The notes below the pieces were generated by a model. It searched no databases and had not been told where the DNA came from. It saw only the letters and a program-made list of their open reading frames with translations. From the sequence record KJ019086.1: 64,000 nucleotides of DNA. One strand, 5' to 3'. Below are positions 9,590-19,415 of the stretch, piece after piece. The stretch's first letter is position 1. The number at the start of each line of letters is the position of its first letter. The translations under genes were made by a program, and so were the position numbers.

Positions 9590-10939
9590 ATGTCTAAGAG
9601 ACCAGCAATATATAGAAAAGTCTCAGTAGTTACTAAAGATGGTTTTAGGGCAGATATTCGTCTTGCTTGTGTGTCAATTGACTTCTTTCAGGATATAATG
9701 TCACCTGCACTAACGGCAAAGATTATTATTGCCAATACTATGACTAATATTGAGGATGATCAGGGTGCCACCGTATCTCTCTATGAAGGATTGAAGTTGC
9801 GCGGTGGTGAGGCAGTTGAGATTGAAATAGAAGCAAATAGTGAAGATAACTTACCTATTGAATTTAATAATCCTGCGTTGTATGTCAGTGGTGTATCTGA
9901 AATGAGTAGGAAGTCACTCAAACAGTTCTTCACTATCAACTTATACACCAAGGAGGCATATGATAATGAGACTAAGTTCCTAGAGAAAGCATATCCAAAA
10001 GAATCTAGAGTGAGTGATCATGTTAGTACTATAGTTTCTGAGTCTTTTCCTACAACTACTCTCAATAAGGTAGATACTACCTCAAATACTTATGGTTTTT
10101 TGGGTAATCAACTCAAGCCATTCTATGCTCTTATCAGGTTAGCAAGTAAAGCAGTTCCTGAAGGTGCTGGTAGTGGTGGAAATAGTGCGACAGCTGGTTT
10201 CTTCTTCTACCAATCTATGAGTGGATTTAACTTTAGATCCATTGATAAAATGATGGGGGAAGAACCAAAGGCACAATATACTTACACTGAAGTTAGTTCA
10301 TCTGAAGAGACTGGAGATTTTGAAGCTACCCCAGAACTACCTTCTAATAGGTTTAAGATTGAGAAGTTTCACGTCACTAAAAACCAGAACCTCTTGAAGA
10401 ACCTTAGTCAAGGTGTATACGCCTCTGCTAAGAAGTTCTTTAACCCTGTAGATTTTACAGTCACCCCACCACAAGAGTTCTTCAGTGGTGATAAGTACAT
10501 CAGGGGTGTTAGTAACTTGGGTCAGGCTTTTGATCCACAAGACATCAGCTTAGTGGGTGATTCTTTGAGTTTCACTAATGTACCATCTAGGATTCTTAAT
10601 GAGGTATATGATATTGGAACTGTTGAGAAAGAAGTGAATCAGGAACCCACACAAAACCCTGATGAGTTTCTAGCACAGAGAAAGATGAGGTATAATACAT
10701 TATTCACTCAAGATGTTTATATTCAAGTTAGTGTTAATACTAATCTTGAGGCTGGTGATCTTGTTAAATGTCTATTCCCTAAAACTCAAGAGTGTCCTAC
10801 TGATGATATAGATCAGGATCAGTTAAGTGGTCTATATATGATTAAGGAAATTAGACATCACTTTGATACTAGGGGTTCTTATTCATCTATGAGACTACTT
10901 CGTGACACCTTTGGTTTATATGGAGTGAATAACAAATGA
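9590..10939 (+). CDS. Baseplate hub protein (gp27/gpD-like)
   Basis: LASKAVP, AGFFFYQ-GFNFRSID, LEAGD...SGLYMIKEIRH C-terminus; directly before gp5. Confidence 0.6.
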   Translation: MSKRPAIYRKVSVVTKDGFRADIRLACVSIDFFQDIMSPALTAKIIIANTMTNIEDDQGATVSLYEGLKLRGGEAVEIEIEANSEDNLPIEFNNPALYVSGVSEMSRKSLKQFFTINLYTKEAYDNETKFLEKAYPKESRVSDHVSTIVSESFPTTTLNKVDTTSNTYGFLGNQLKPFYALIRLASKAVPEGAGSGGNSATAGFFFYQSMSGFNFRSIDKMMGEEPKAQYTYTEVSSSEETGDFEATPELPSNRFKIEKFHVTKNQNLLKNLSQGVYASAKKFFNPVDFTVTPPQEFFSGDKYIRGVSNLGQAFDPQDISLVGDSLSFTNVPSRILNEVYDIGTVEKEVNQEPTQNPDEFLAQRKMRYNTLFTQDVYIQVSVNTNLEAGDLVKCLFPKTQECPTDDIDQDQLSGLYMIKEIRHHFDTRGSYSSMRLLRDTFGLYGVNNK

Positions 10940-12993
10940 CAATTAAACTTGGTAGAATCGCTGACATTGAACCACAAAAGGAACAGGTCGATGGTGGTGG
11001 ATGGGCGTGGAGATATAAAGTACGCATCCTAGACAAACACTCACAGGATAAGAATGTTCTTCCTGATGAGGATCTACCGTGGGCACAGGTTATTATGCCT
11101 GTCACGGCAGGTTCTGGTGCTGCTAACTATGCAGTATCGCCTATGATTAACCAGGGTGACACTGTAAGAATTGAGTATTATGATCTAGACGAACAACAAC
11201 CAGTTATTACAGGTATCCTCCCTAGAACTAAAAAGGTTTCTACAGGTCCAGTGGGTGAGAATAACGGATATCTACCACACACTGGTTATACAGAGAGGAG
11301 AGAGCCAAACTCCAAACAGGTAAAGGATGAGTCACATGAATCTAATAAGGAGAGTCAAGTATCTACAAGGTCAGATAGGTTCTCCAGTGTTTTTGGTGAT
11401 ACAACAGTTCTAGCAGATAGTTGTGATCCCAATGCCTACAAAATTAACGCAGTAACATCTGCTATCACTAATCTATTCAACCAGATTAATAACTTTGCTA
11501 ATCAAGCGTCATACATTGAGACTATCACACAAGCAACTATTGATAGAATTCATGCCATTGTAAATCCATATGTGGGACAAATCTTCAATGGATTGTTTGA
11601 GGGATTGGTTCCTATTCTCAACCAGGGTTTGGCTGCATTATACAAGAAAATATTCGCTCAAGTATTGGCTGCCACTAATGGTAATGTAATTGCTGCCACT
11701 GCTGCCGCAGAAGCAGCACTCATCGCACTTATGCCAGCTATTATGGCACTACAGGAAGCCATTCAGATGTTGGCATCTCTAACAGTTGAGCAAATGTTAG
11801 ACGAGATTGATTCCCTAGTTAGGGATGCAGTTGATAATAATGATGACTTCTCCCGTTGTGCGGCAGAAGACTTCGCTTCTGCTATGATCAACGATATTGT
11901 TGATAAGACTGATAATGGTATGCAACCACTACTAAACGCAGTCACTATTATTCTAGCACTCGCAAGTGTTGGTAGTGGATTCACCGCTGGTACTGCTATT
12001 CGTAGTACTTTGGATGTCCTAAAAGATCTCACATCTGCTCTACTTGCACCAGGTCAAAGTGGTGGTGGTAATTGTGGTGGAATCACAAAGGAATATGCAT
12101 TTGGTATAGGTCCTGTGAAGGATGTGGGTGATGTTATGGATGCTCTTCTAGAGTCAGCAAACATAGCAAAGTCACTAGTAGATGAGGCAAAGAAAACACA
12201 ACAGGAAGTTGATGGTCTCCTAGACACATTTGGTGACTTCCCATTTATGAGTTCCACTACAAATATTATATCTAATCTAGACAAGTGTTCCACACTAGAA
12301 CCTACTACTTGTTTTGGTCCTGAAGTTGTATTATTTGGTGGTAGAGGTGATGGTGCTGAAGCTCGTGCTATTATTGGCAACACAAAATCAAAATCAGATG
12401 ATAGAATTGCTGGTAATGCGCAGGGTGGCATTGTTGCTATTGAAGTTCTAGATGGTGGTTCAGGTTATGAGTATCCACCATATGTGGATATTAGAGATAA
12501 CTGTGGTCTAGGTATTGGTGGTGTTGGTAGAGCAGTCCTAAAGGGTGATAAGGTAGATAAAATCTATATGGTGAATATTGGTGAAGACTATCCTGGAGAT
12601 GCACCTGGGGACTTTATTGTTGATACTATTATCATCGTTGATGGTGGCATAGGATATGAACCAGGTATTACTCCTGGAGGTGAATATGAAGTTATTACTG
12701 ACCCAGATGGAACAGTAATTGATATTATTCCTACCAACCCAGTACCAATTCCTGGTCCTCCAACTATAAATATACCAGATGTATCTCCACCTATTCCACC
12801 AGGAGGTAATATCATTGATGGTAATGTTGTAGATGAGAATGGTAAAGTAATAGCACCCGCTAAGATTGGTACTGGTTTAGTGTTCTATCCAGTTATCAAA
12901 CAGATACCCCCACTTAAGGACCTCCTTGAGGGTAATGTTCCTGGATTTACACCGGAAGAAGTTGTATTCATTATTGATTGTATTCAGAGTTAG
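10936..12993 (+). CDS. gp5: gp5-like baseplate hub/spike protein, N-terminal OB-fold part
   Basis: RYKVRILDKH, DEDLPWAQV, GDTVRIEYYDLDEQQPVITGIL of gp5/VgrG OB fold; no lysozyme motif seen. Confidence 0.75.
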   Translation: MTIKLGRIADIEPQKEQVDGGGWAWRYKVRILDKHSQDKNVLPDEDLPWAQVIMPVTAGSGAANYAVSPMINQGDTVRIEYYDLDEQQPVITGILPRTKKVSTGPVGENNGYLPHTGYTERREPNSKQVKDESHESNKESQVSTRSDRFSSVFGDTTVLADSCDPNAYKINAVTSAITNLFNQINNFANQASYIETITQATIDRIHAIVNPYVGQIFNGLFEGLVPILNQGLAALYKKIFAQVLAATNGNVIAATAAAEAALIALMPAIMALQEAIQMLASLTVEQMLDEIDSLVRDAVDNNDDFSRCAAEDFASAMINDIVDKTDNGMQPLLNAVTIILALASVGSGFTAGTAIRSTLDVLKDLTSALLAPGQSGGGNCGGITKEYAFGIGPVKDVGDVMDALLESANIAKSLVDEAKKTQQEVDGLLDTFGDFPFMSSTTNIISNLDKCSTLEPTTCFGPEVVLFGGRGDGAEARAIIGNTKSKSDDRIAGNAQGGIVAIEVLDGGSGYEYPPYVDIRDNCGLGIGGVGRAVLKGDKVDKIYMVNIGEDYPGDAPGDFIVDTIIIVDGGIGYEPGITPGGEYEVITDPDGTVIDIIPTNPVPIPGPPTINIPDVSPPIPPGGNIIDGNVVDENGKVIAPAKIGTGLVFYPVIKQIPPLKDLLEGNVPGFTPEEVVFIIDCIQS

Positions 12994-12995
12994 AC

Positions 12996-13697
12996 ATGGC
13001 AGAACAAAATTGGGAAAGAAGAATACTCCAGAGTTTTGGTGCTAACTTTCGACTAGATGTTAGTAACCCACAGAAGACTGTTGGTGGTGAAGATGTATAT
13101 AACTTCTACTCTGTTACAGATGAGGAGAAAGTATGTCTAATGGGACAACAACAGGATGGTCTCTGGCGCCTCTACAATGATGATAAGGTAGAGATTGTAG
13201 GTGGTGCCAAAGTTGTTGAGGATGGTGTATGTGTAACTATTGTTGGTAAGAACGGTGATGTAGTTATTAACGCTGACAACAATGGGAGGGTTAGAATCCG
13301 TGGGCAGAATATCAACCTCCAGGCAGATGAGGATGTTAATATCACTGCGGGTAGGAATGTTAATATCAAATCTGGTTCTGGTAGAACTCTCCTTGCGGGC
13401 AATACCCTGGAGAAAGACGCACTCAAAGGTAATCTATTAGACCCAGAGAAACAATGGGCATGGAGAGTATTTGAAGGAACTGGACTACCTGCTGGTATGT
13501 TCCCACAACTCATGTCACCCTTCAGTGGTATTACAGACCTAGCGGGATCTATTGTTGGTGGAGTTGGGTTCGGTGATGCAATCAGTGGGGCTGTGAGTAG
13601 TGCAGTCAGTGGGGCAGTCAGTGGTGCTGTTGGTGGTGTCGCCGGTGGTGTCGCCGGTGATATTGCTGGTGACGCAATTGGTGGTATTATACCCTGA
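12996..13697 (+). CDS. gp5 C-terminal-like beta-helix spike protein
   Basis: Start moved to ATG 12996; repeated beta strands (NINLQADEDVNITAGRNVNIKSG) and Gly/Ala 4-residue repeats at the C-terminus. Confidence 0.55.
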   Translation: MAEQNWERRILQSFGANFRLDVSNPQKTVGGEDVYNFYSVTDEEKVCLMGQQQDGLWRLYNDDKVEIVGGAKVVEDGVCVTIVGKNGDVVINADNNGRVRIRGQNINLQADEDVNITAGRNVNIKSGSGRTLLAGNTLEKDALKGNLLDPEKQWAWRVFEGTGLPAGMFPQLMSPFSGITDLAGSIVGGVGFGDAISGAVSSAVSGAVSGAVGGVAGGVAGDIAGDAIGGIIP

Positions 13698-13703
13698 TAA
13701 ATA
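13697..13703 (+). promoter_or_regulatory. Late promoter of the collagen-fibre operon
   Basis: ATAAATA upstream of 13736. Confidence 0.6.
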
Positions 13704-13735
13704 TAAGAAGCACCTATAACTAGCACCTATTAGTA

Positions 13736-16525
13736 ATGGCAAGCATTCAATTCCCAGCAAATCCGAAAGTTGGTGATACTTACTACGACGTAGATACAAA
13801 TATAACTTACACCTGGGAGGGTGAATACTGGTTTGCAACAGGACCAGGCACAGGTATTGGTGCCACTGGAGCAACTGGAGCACAAGGAAATCAAGGTTCT
13901 AGTGGTGAAAAGGGTGAGCCAGGAACTCGCGGAATTAAAGGAGATACTGGATCTACTGGTTCTACCGGTCCCACAGGTCCTGGTGGTTTTATTGGATTAA
14001 CAGGTGCAACTGGTCCTCAAGGTTCTCCCGGTGGTGCTACCGGTGCTACAGGTAATATTGGTCCTTTAGGAACTACTGGTGCAACTGGTCCTGATGGTGC
14101 TAGTGGTGCTACAGGTATTCAGGGTCCTATTGGTACTCCAGGTGGTGCAACTGGCGCTACTGGTTTAGCTGGTCCTCCAGGAAATGTTGGTGCTACTGGT
14201 CCTCTCGGTCCTAATGGTACTCCAGGTGGTGCTACTGGTCCTCTTGGTCCTGTTGGTTCTACTGGAGCCACTGGTGCTGGTGCTACTGGCTCTGATGGTG
14301 CTACTGGTTCTACAGGTATTCAGGGACTACAAGGTTCCCCAGGTGGTGCAACTGGTGCTACTGGTATTGATGGTTTACTAGGTCCTATTGGTGCCACAGG
14401 TACTACAGGAGCTACCGGTGTTGATGGTCCTATTGGTGCCACAGGTACTACAGGTGCCACAGGTGAGACAGGTGATACAGGTTCAACCGGTGCTGCTGGT
14501 CCTACCGGTATTCCTGGAGCCACTGGTTTCACAGGTCCTGAAGGTGCTACGGGTTCCAAAGGTGATGAAGGTTCTACAGGTAGTACAGGTCCTCAAGGTT
14601 CTCCAGGTGGTGCCACTGGTGCTACTGGTGTTGATGGTCCTGTAGGTTCTACAGGTGCCACAGCTGCTACTGGTGCCACTGGTCCTGACGGTCCTACCGG
14701 TCCCGCAGGTCCTACAGGTTTATTAGGTGCCACTGGTGCTACTGGTGATGATGGTTCTACCGGAGCCACTGGTGCTACTGGTTTTGGTGCTACAGGTGCT
14801 GATGGTGCTACTGGTTCTACAGGTTCTACAGGTCCTGATGGTCCTCTTGGTTCTACTGGTGCCACTGGTATTGCAGGTGGTGTGAGTCATGTATGGTCAC
14901 CAGATGTTTCTATCCTAACTGCCAACAACTCTTTCCTATTCACCCACGATGTAGACGAAGATATTAAGATCCTAAAGATCTCCAAGTTTAGTTCAACATT
15001 CACCAATGAGGAGGCACTACTTAATAGTTTTGCAATCGGTGATTCACTTAGACTAACATCAGGTCCAGCAACATTCCAATATACTGTTAGAGCCAATGGT
15101 GGACTCACAGTATCATCTGGTGTTGACGTGTTTATGTTACTCGTCAGTGATGGTTTCTTAGCATCTGGTAGTGGAACACTCAATGGTTCAACAGTTGTTC
15201 TTCAACGTCCCACATCATCCACCTTCGCTACATTTAACTTCGGTGTATCCACTATCAACTGGCCTACTACTGATGGTGATGTAACTATTGACTATCCATT
15301 CCTAGTAAACAATGGTCCTAGGTATGTTGCATTCAATCAGAAGGATCTACTAGGTAGGGATGATGAGCAGTTCTTCTTTGAACCTTTAGTATCTACAGAC
15401 CTAAACTCATTCCAGTTCCAGGTTAAGACTACTAACTTCTTCAAATCAGAAATTGAAGGTGGTTACTACTATAGTGATATTGATGCCTATGTGTATCTAA
15501 CTGATATCACCGAACTATATTCAGATCCAAGTAATCCAGTAACCAGTGTGGGTTCACCTTGGAATGTTCAGGTTGTAGGTATTGCCTCCGCCATTCCTGG
15601 TGTTGCTGGTTCTCCAGGTGGTGCAACCGGTGCTACTGGTCCTGCTGGTCCTCCAAGTGGTGCAACTGGTGCTACAGGTGATCTTGGTCCTATTGGTCCC
15701 GGTGGTCCTACTGGTCCCGTTGGTGTTAACGGATCCCCAGGTTCACCCGGTGGTGCAACTGGTGCCACTGGTGCTGATGGTCCTGAAGGTGCTACTGGTT
15801 CTACAGGTGCAACAGGTGCATTCGTTACTGGTAGTAATCTTGTAGCAGGTATTATCACAGCCACCACATTCGATGGTGATGCTACATCATCTGATAAGAT
15901 TAAGACTAATCGGTCCAGCAGTGCGGCTGTTAACTATCTAACTTTCGTTTCTGATGATAACACTGGTGGTGCCGTTAGTGAAACCCTCAAGACAAACTTG
16001 AATGTAAGTTTCATTCCTTCTTCTGGTGATTTTATCGCTAGTAGGATTACAGCAAGTAACAACTTCTACCTGGGTGGTACTGAGGTCAATTCTTCAGCAT
16101 CTGAACTAAATGTGTTGGTTGGTGTTACTGACTTCTTAGATGAAGATAATATGGCATCCGATAGTCCTACGGCTATCCCATCACAACAATCAGTTAAGAG
16201 GTATGTTGACGCTAACGCTTTCTCTGGTATTACTACAGTTAGTATCCTAGTGGGCGCTGGTTCTAGTGATGTATACTTCGCAAGTTCTATTGTTCCAACT
16301 ACTAATGAGTCCATTGACTTGGGTAGTATTGACTATAAGTTCAGAGACCTCTACCTATCAGACACAACCATATATACTAACACTGGTGAACTTAGTGTAG
16401 GTTTGAATACCACAGCACCAACCGCAAAGGTTGTTCTTGGTCCAGCACTACAAACAATTGTTCAACAGTCCACTGATTTTGATGACTTTAAGATCAGAAT
16501 CGCAGCACAAAGTTGGGGTGGCTAA
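13736..16525 (+). CDS. Collagen-like tail fibre protein
   Basis: Two long interrupted Gly-X-Y tracts (GAT, GPx, GST), N-terminal FPANPKVGD...WEGEYW domain, C-terminal [11 protein letters not shown] fibre motif. Confidence 0.85.
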   Translation: MASIQFPANPKVGDTYYDVDTNITYTWEGEYWFATGPGTGIGATGATGAQGNQGSSGEKGEPGTRGIKGDTGSTGSTGPTGPGGFIGLTGATGPQGSPGGATGATGNIGPLGTTGATGPDGASGATGIQGPIGTPGGATGATGLAGPPGNVGATGPLGPNGTPGGATGPLGPVGSTGATGAGATGSDGATGSTGIQGLQGSPGGATGATGIDGLLGPIGATGTTGATGVDGPIGATGTTGATGETGDTGSTGAAGPTGIPGATGFTGPEGATGSKGDEGSTGSTGPQGSPGGATGATGVDGPVGSTGATAATGATGPDGPTGPAGPTGLLGATGATGDDGSTGATGATGFGATGADGATGSTGSTGPDGPLGSTGATGIAGGVSHVWSPDVSILTANNSFLFTHDVDEDIKILKISKFSSTFTNEEALLNSFAIGDSLRLTSGPATFQYTVRANGGLTVSSGVDVFMLLVSDGFLASGSGTLNGSTVVLQRPTSSTFATFNFGVSTINWPTTDGDVTIDYPFLVNNGPRYVAFNQKDLLGRDDEQFFFEPLVSTDLNSFQFQVKTTNFFKSEIEGGYYYSDIDAYVYLTDITELYSDPSNPVTSVGSPWNVQVVGIASAIPGVAGSPGGATGATGPAGPPSGATGATGDLGPIGPGGPTGPVGVNGSPGSPGGATGATGADGPEGATGSTGATGAFVTGSNLVAGIITATTFDGDATSSDKIKTNRSSSAAVNYLTFVSDDNTGGAVSETLKTNLNVSFIPSSGDFIASRITASNNFYLGGTEVNSSASELNVLVGVTDFLDEDNMASDSPTAIPSQQSVKRYVDANAFSGITTVSILVGAGSSDVYFASSIVPTTNESIDLGSIDYKFRDLYLSDTTIYTNTGELSVGLNTTAPTAKVVLGPALQTIVQQSTDFDDFKIRIAAQSWGG
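13850..14880 (+). repeat. Collagen Gly-X-Y repeat tract 1 (approximate limits)
   Basis: Many GGTGCTACTGGT / GGTGCAACTGGT units; recurring [11 protein letters not shown]; second tract at about 15598-15820. Confidence 0.85.
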
Positions 16526-16528
16526 TTA

Positions 16529-16951
16529 ATGGGTTATCGTAATGAGAAAGCTCCCCACACTGGGAGCTTATTGGTAGGAACTGGGGGTAGAGTTACTTTT
16601 ACTGGTAGATCCTCTGGTGATATGAATAAGATTGCCACTTGGGGTGAAGAAGGGGGACAGATAGAATCTACCAACTTTTCTGATCTTCTGGCACTATACG
16701 AGGAGTCTTTCGCGGTATCTATTGTCAGTGAAGATGAACCTTCGCTAAGACCTTTGGGTGAAGACCTAAAACTAGGAGATCTGTGGTATAGTACGTCAGA
16801 ACGGAGACAGTATGTTTTTACAAATGGAATTGATGACCTTCCAGTCACCTTTAGAGGCTGGACACCTGTTATTTCAGGACTTAGTACGATTGCTAACGGA
16901 TTTATTGTATCCAATGGTATCATTGTTGGTGTGGCAGCAACAACTCCATAA
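16529..16951 (+). CDS. Fibre-associated hypothetical protein
   Basis: 140 aa directly after collagen gene; GDLWYST motif seen in phage fibre proteins. Confidence 0.55.
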   Translation: MGYRNEKAPHTGSLLVGTGGRVTFTGRSSGDMNKIATWGEEGGQIESTNFSDLLALYEESFAVSIVSEDEPSLRPLGEDLKLGDLWYSTSERRQYVFTNGIDDLPVTFRGWTPVISGLSTIANGFIVSNGIIVGVAATTP

Positions 16952-16986
16952 TATGGTATAATGGTGGGTAAGTATCTTATACCCAC

Positions 16987-17550
16987 ATGAGCCACGAGCA
17001 CGAAGATTACGAATTTGAAAAAGATTATTGGGGTGATTGTTGTAATACCTTCGATGAGGATCAGAAACACTATGTGTATGCCCGTCTAATGGGATTAGAA
17101 CAGGCACACTATAGTTTTCGTTTGCCTGGTATTTCTGTAATTGATATTGGTGGCGGTCCTTCTTCGATGTTATTGAAGACTGAAGGACTTACTAGAGGTT
17201 TGGTTGTAGATCCTATTTCATATCCCCAATGGACTAAAGATAGGTATTCAGTAAAGAATATTGAAGTCCATGTAGATGTTGGTGAGAATGTAACAGAGAC
17301 AGGATATGATGAGGTGTGGATATACAATTGTATGCAACACGCTATTGATCCAGAGAAGATTATTGCTAACGCAAGGGAAGCAGCACCAGTCCTAAGATTG
17401 TTTGAGTGGATTGATATTCCAGCACACGATGGTCACCCCCACGAACTAACAGAGCAATCACTAAATAAGTGGATTGGTCAAACCGGTAGTGTTACATCTC
17501 TAGCAGAGAGTGGTTGCTATGGTAAAGCATATTATGGAGTATTTGAGTGA
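16987..17550 (+). CDS. Class I SAM-dependent methyltransferase
   Basis: VIDIGGGP motif I, VVDP motif II, YDEVWIYNCMQH. Confidence 0.75.
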   Translation: MSHEHEDYEFEKDYWGDCCNTFDEDQKHYVYARLMGLEQAHYSFRLPGISVIDIGGGPSSMLLKTEGLTRGLVVDPISYPQWTKDRYSVKNIEVHVDVGENVTETGYDEVWIYNCMQHAIDPEKIIANAREAAPVLRLFEWIDIPAHDGHPHELTEQSLNKWIGQTGSVTSLAESGCYGKAYYGVFE

Positions 17551-18626
17551 GATTTCATCTATTAGGTTTGCCCCATACAGTAACCCACCCAGACTATACT
17601 GCTTGTGCATACACCATGAAGGTGTTGAAGTTTGGTAAGATGATGAAGGCGCGTGGTCATACAATTATTCACTATGGTCACGAAGATAGTAAGTTGGTAT
17701 GTGATGAGCATGTTTCAGTAACTACCAATGCAGACCTAGAGAAAGCATACGGCAGTTATGATTGGAGAAAGAACTTCTTCAAGTTCAATACATCGGATCA
17801 CGCATATCAGACATTCTATAAGAATGCTATTCGTGAAGTAGGTAAGCGTAAACAGAAGAATGATTTCATCCTACCTTTCTGGGGTAGTGGTACTCGTCCT
17901 GTATGTGATGCTCACCCAGAAATGATTTGTGTGGAACCCGGTATTGGTTATGCTGGTGGTCACTGGTCTCAGTGGAAAGTGTTTGAGAGTTACGCTATTC
18001 TCCATGCATACTGTAATCTAACATCAGTAGGAACCTGCAAACAGAGTTGGTATGATGTTGTTATCCCTAATTACTTTGACTTAGATGATTTCACCTACGC
18101 CCCAGAAACTAAGGAAGACTATTTTCTATTCTTGGGGCGTGTATATAGCGGTAAGGGCATTGATATTGCTGTACAGGTTACTGAACACATAGGTGCTAAA
18201 CTAAAAGTAGCAGGACAGAACCCAGAGAACAGAACTTTCCCACCACATGTGGAGTTTGTTGGATATGCTGATATTGAGATGAGACGGGAGTTGATGTCTA
18301 AAGCAAAGGCATCCTTTGTTGCATCACAATACCTAGAACCTTTCGGTGGTGTTCAGGTGGAGAACTTATTATCAGGAACTCCTACTATCACTACAGACTG
18401 GGGTGCTTTCGTTGAGAACAACCCAGACGGACTAACTGGTTTCCGTTGTCGTACATTCGGTGACTTTGTTGATGCCGCTAATAACATTGACCAGATATCT
18501 CCTGCAGTATGTCGCACTTTCGGTGAGCAGTTTGCACTGGAGAATATTGCTCCCAAGTACGAGAAGTATTTCCAGGATGTTCTCAATGTATATACTGGAA
18601 AGGGATGGTATGAACTAAATGAATGA
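17547..18626 (+). CDS. GT-B fold (GT4-like) glycosyltransferase
   Basis: FLGRV-GKG, EPFGGVQVENLLSGTPTITTDWGAFVE (E-x7-E-type signature). Confidence 0.88.
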   Translation: MRFHLLGLPHTVTHPDYTACAYTMKVLKFGKMMKARGHTIIHYGHEDSKLVCDEHVSVTTNADLEKAYGSYDWRKNFFKFNTSDHAYQTFYKNAIREVGKRKQKNDFILPFWGSGTRPVCDAHPEMICVEPGIGYAGGHWSQWKVFESYAILHAYCNLTSVGTCKQSWYDVVIPNYFDLDDFTYAPETKEDYFLFLGRVYSGKGIDIAVQVTEHIGAKLKVAGQNPENRTFPPHVEFVGYADIEMRRELMSKAKASFVASQYLEPFGGVQVENLLSGTPTITTDWGAFVENNPDGLTGFRCRTFGDFVDAANNIDQISPAVCRTFGEQFALENIAPKYEKYFQDVLNVYTGKGWYELNE

Positions 18627-19212
18627 ACTAATACAAACGATTGATTGTATTACTCAAACTGAAATCAATACAATCAAAGAATATGTCCAAGATGATTGGT
18701 GGCAACCTACTACTATCTTTGGAATGTCTGGTTGTGAAATTAATACAGATGTTAGATCCAATGATAGAATATCTCTCCATGATGATAGTATTGCCGCTCA
18801 GATTATTCATACGGGTATGAATAAGGCACTCCTTGAGTATAGAACACAACTCTATAATGTTGATCCATACTTCAACAATTACCCAGTTCCAGGATCATAT
18901 AGGACTAATTGTCATAGGGAAGGTATTCAACTCCTTAGATATAAAGAAGGACAACACTACAACTGGCATCACGATACTGCAGCAGATCGTGCAGTAAATG
19001 AGTATCACAGAACGATCTCTATTGTGTTATACTTATCAGATGACTTTGAGGGTGGTAGAACAGTATTCCCCCACAGAGCATACAAACCAAAAGCAGGACA
19101 GGCACTAATTTTTCCCTCTAACTGGTGTTTCCCACATAAGTGTGAACCAATCACAAAGGGTGTGAAGTTAGCATCTGTTTCCTGGTACTATTCACATTAT
19201 AACTATGACTGA
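18619..19212 (+). CDS. 2OG-Fe(II) oxygenase, prolyl-4-hydroxylase-like
   Basis: HHD...ISIVLYLSDDFEGGRTVF...FPH...K: HxD...H facial triad. Confidence 0.88.
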   Translation: MNELIQTIDCITQTEINTIKEYVQDDWWQPTTIFGMSGCEINTDVRSNDRISLHDDSIAAQIIHTGMNKALLEYRTQLYNVDPYFNNYPVPGSYRTNCHREGIQLLRYKEGQHYNWHHDTAADRAVNEYHRTISIVLYLSDDFEGGRTVFPHRAYKPKAGQALIFPSNWCFPHKCEPITKGVKLASVSWYYSHYNYD

Positions 19213-19381
19213 AAATAAGACTACACCACAAACAGTAGAAGAAGCAACTCATGCTGCTTTCACTGGAAAGATGAACATGATCAAGTGTGCAGAACACTGT
19301 GGGATGACGATAAAACAGTTTAAATTAACCTTCCGTGAGTATCTAAAATACCACCCAATAGACGAAAATTATCCTATCTAA
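19205..19381 (+). CDS. Small hypothetical protein (58 aa, not in ORF track)
   Basis: MTENKTTPQTVEEATHAAFTGKMNMIKCAEHCGMTIKQFKLTFREYLKYHPIDENYPI; HTH-like pattern. Confidence 0.6.
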   Translation: MTENKTTPQTVEEATHAAFTGKMNMIKCAEHCGMTIKQFKLTFREYLKYHPIDENYPI

Positions 19382-19384
19382 ATA
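19378..19384 (+). promoter_or_regulatory. Late promoter
   Basis: CTAAATA upstream of the 1955-aa gene. Confidence 0.55.
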
Positions 19385-19415
19385 TATGTAAGCAAGTATA
19401 TGATGGTACGGAACA

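Noticed and set aside
3175-13883. Minus-strand ORFs inside structural genes (e.g. 3175-3474, 6211-6534, 6748-7104, 12054-12431, 13172-13726)
   Set aside because: Fully overlap well-supported + strand genes and show no recognisable motifs or promoters.
14184-15867. Alternative-frame and antisense ORFs over the collagen tracts (LLVL- and PVAP-rich)
   Set aside because: Shadows of GGT-NNN-ACT periodicity, which lacks stops in other frames.
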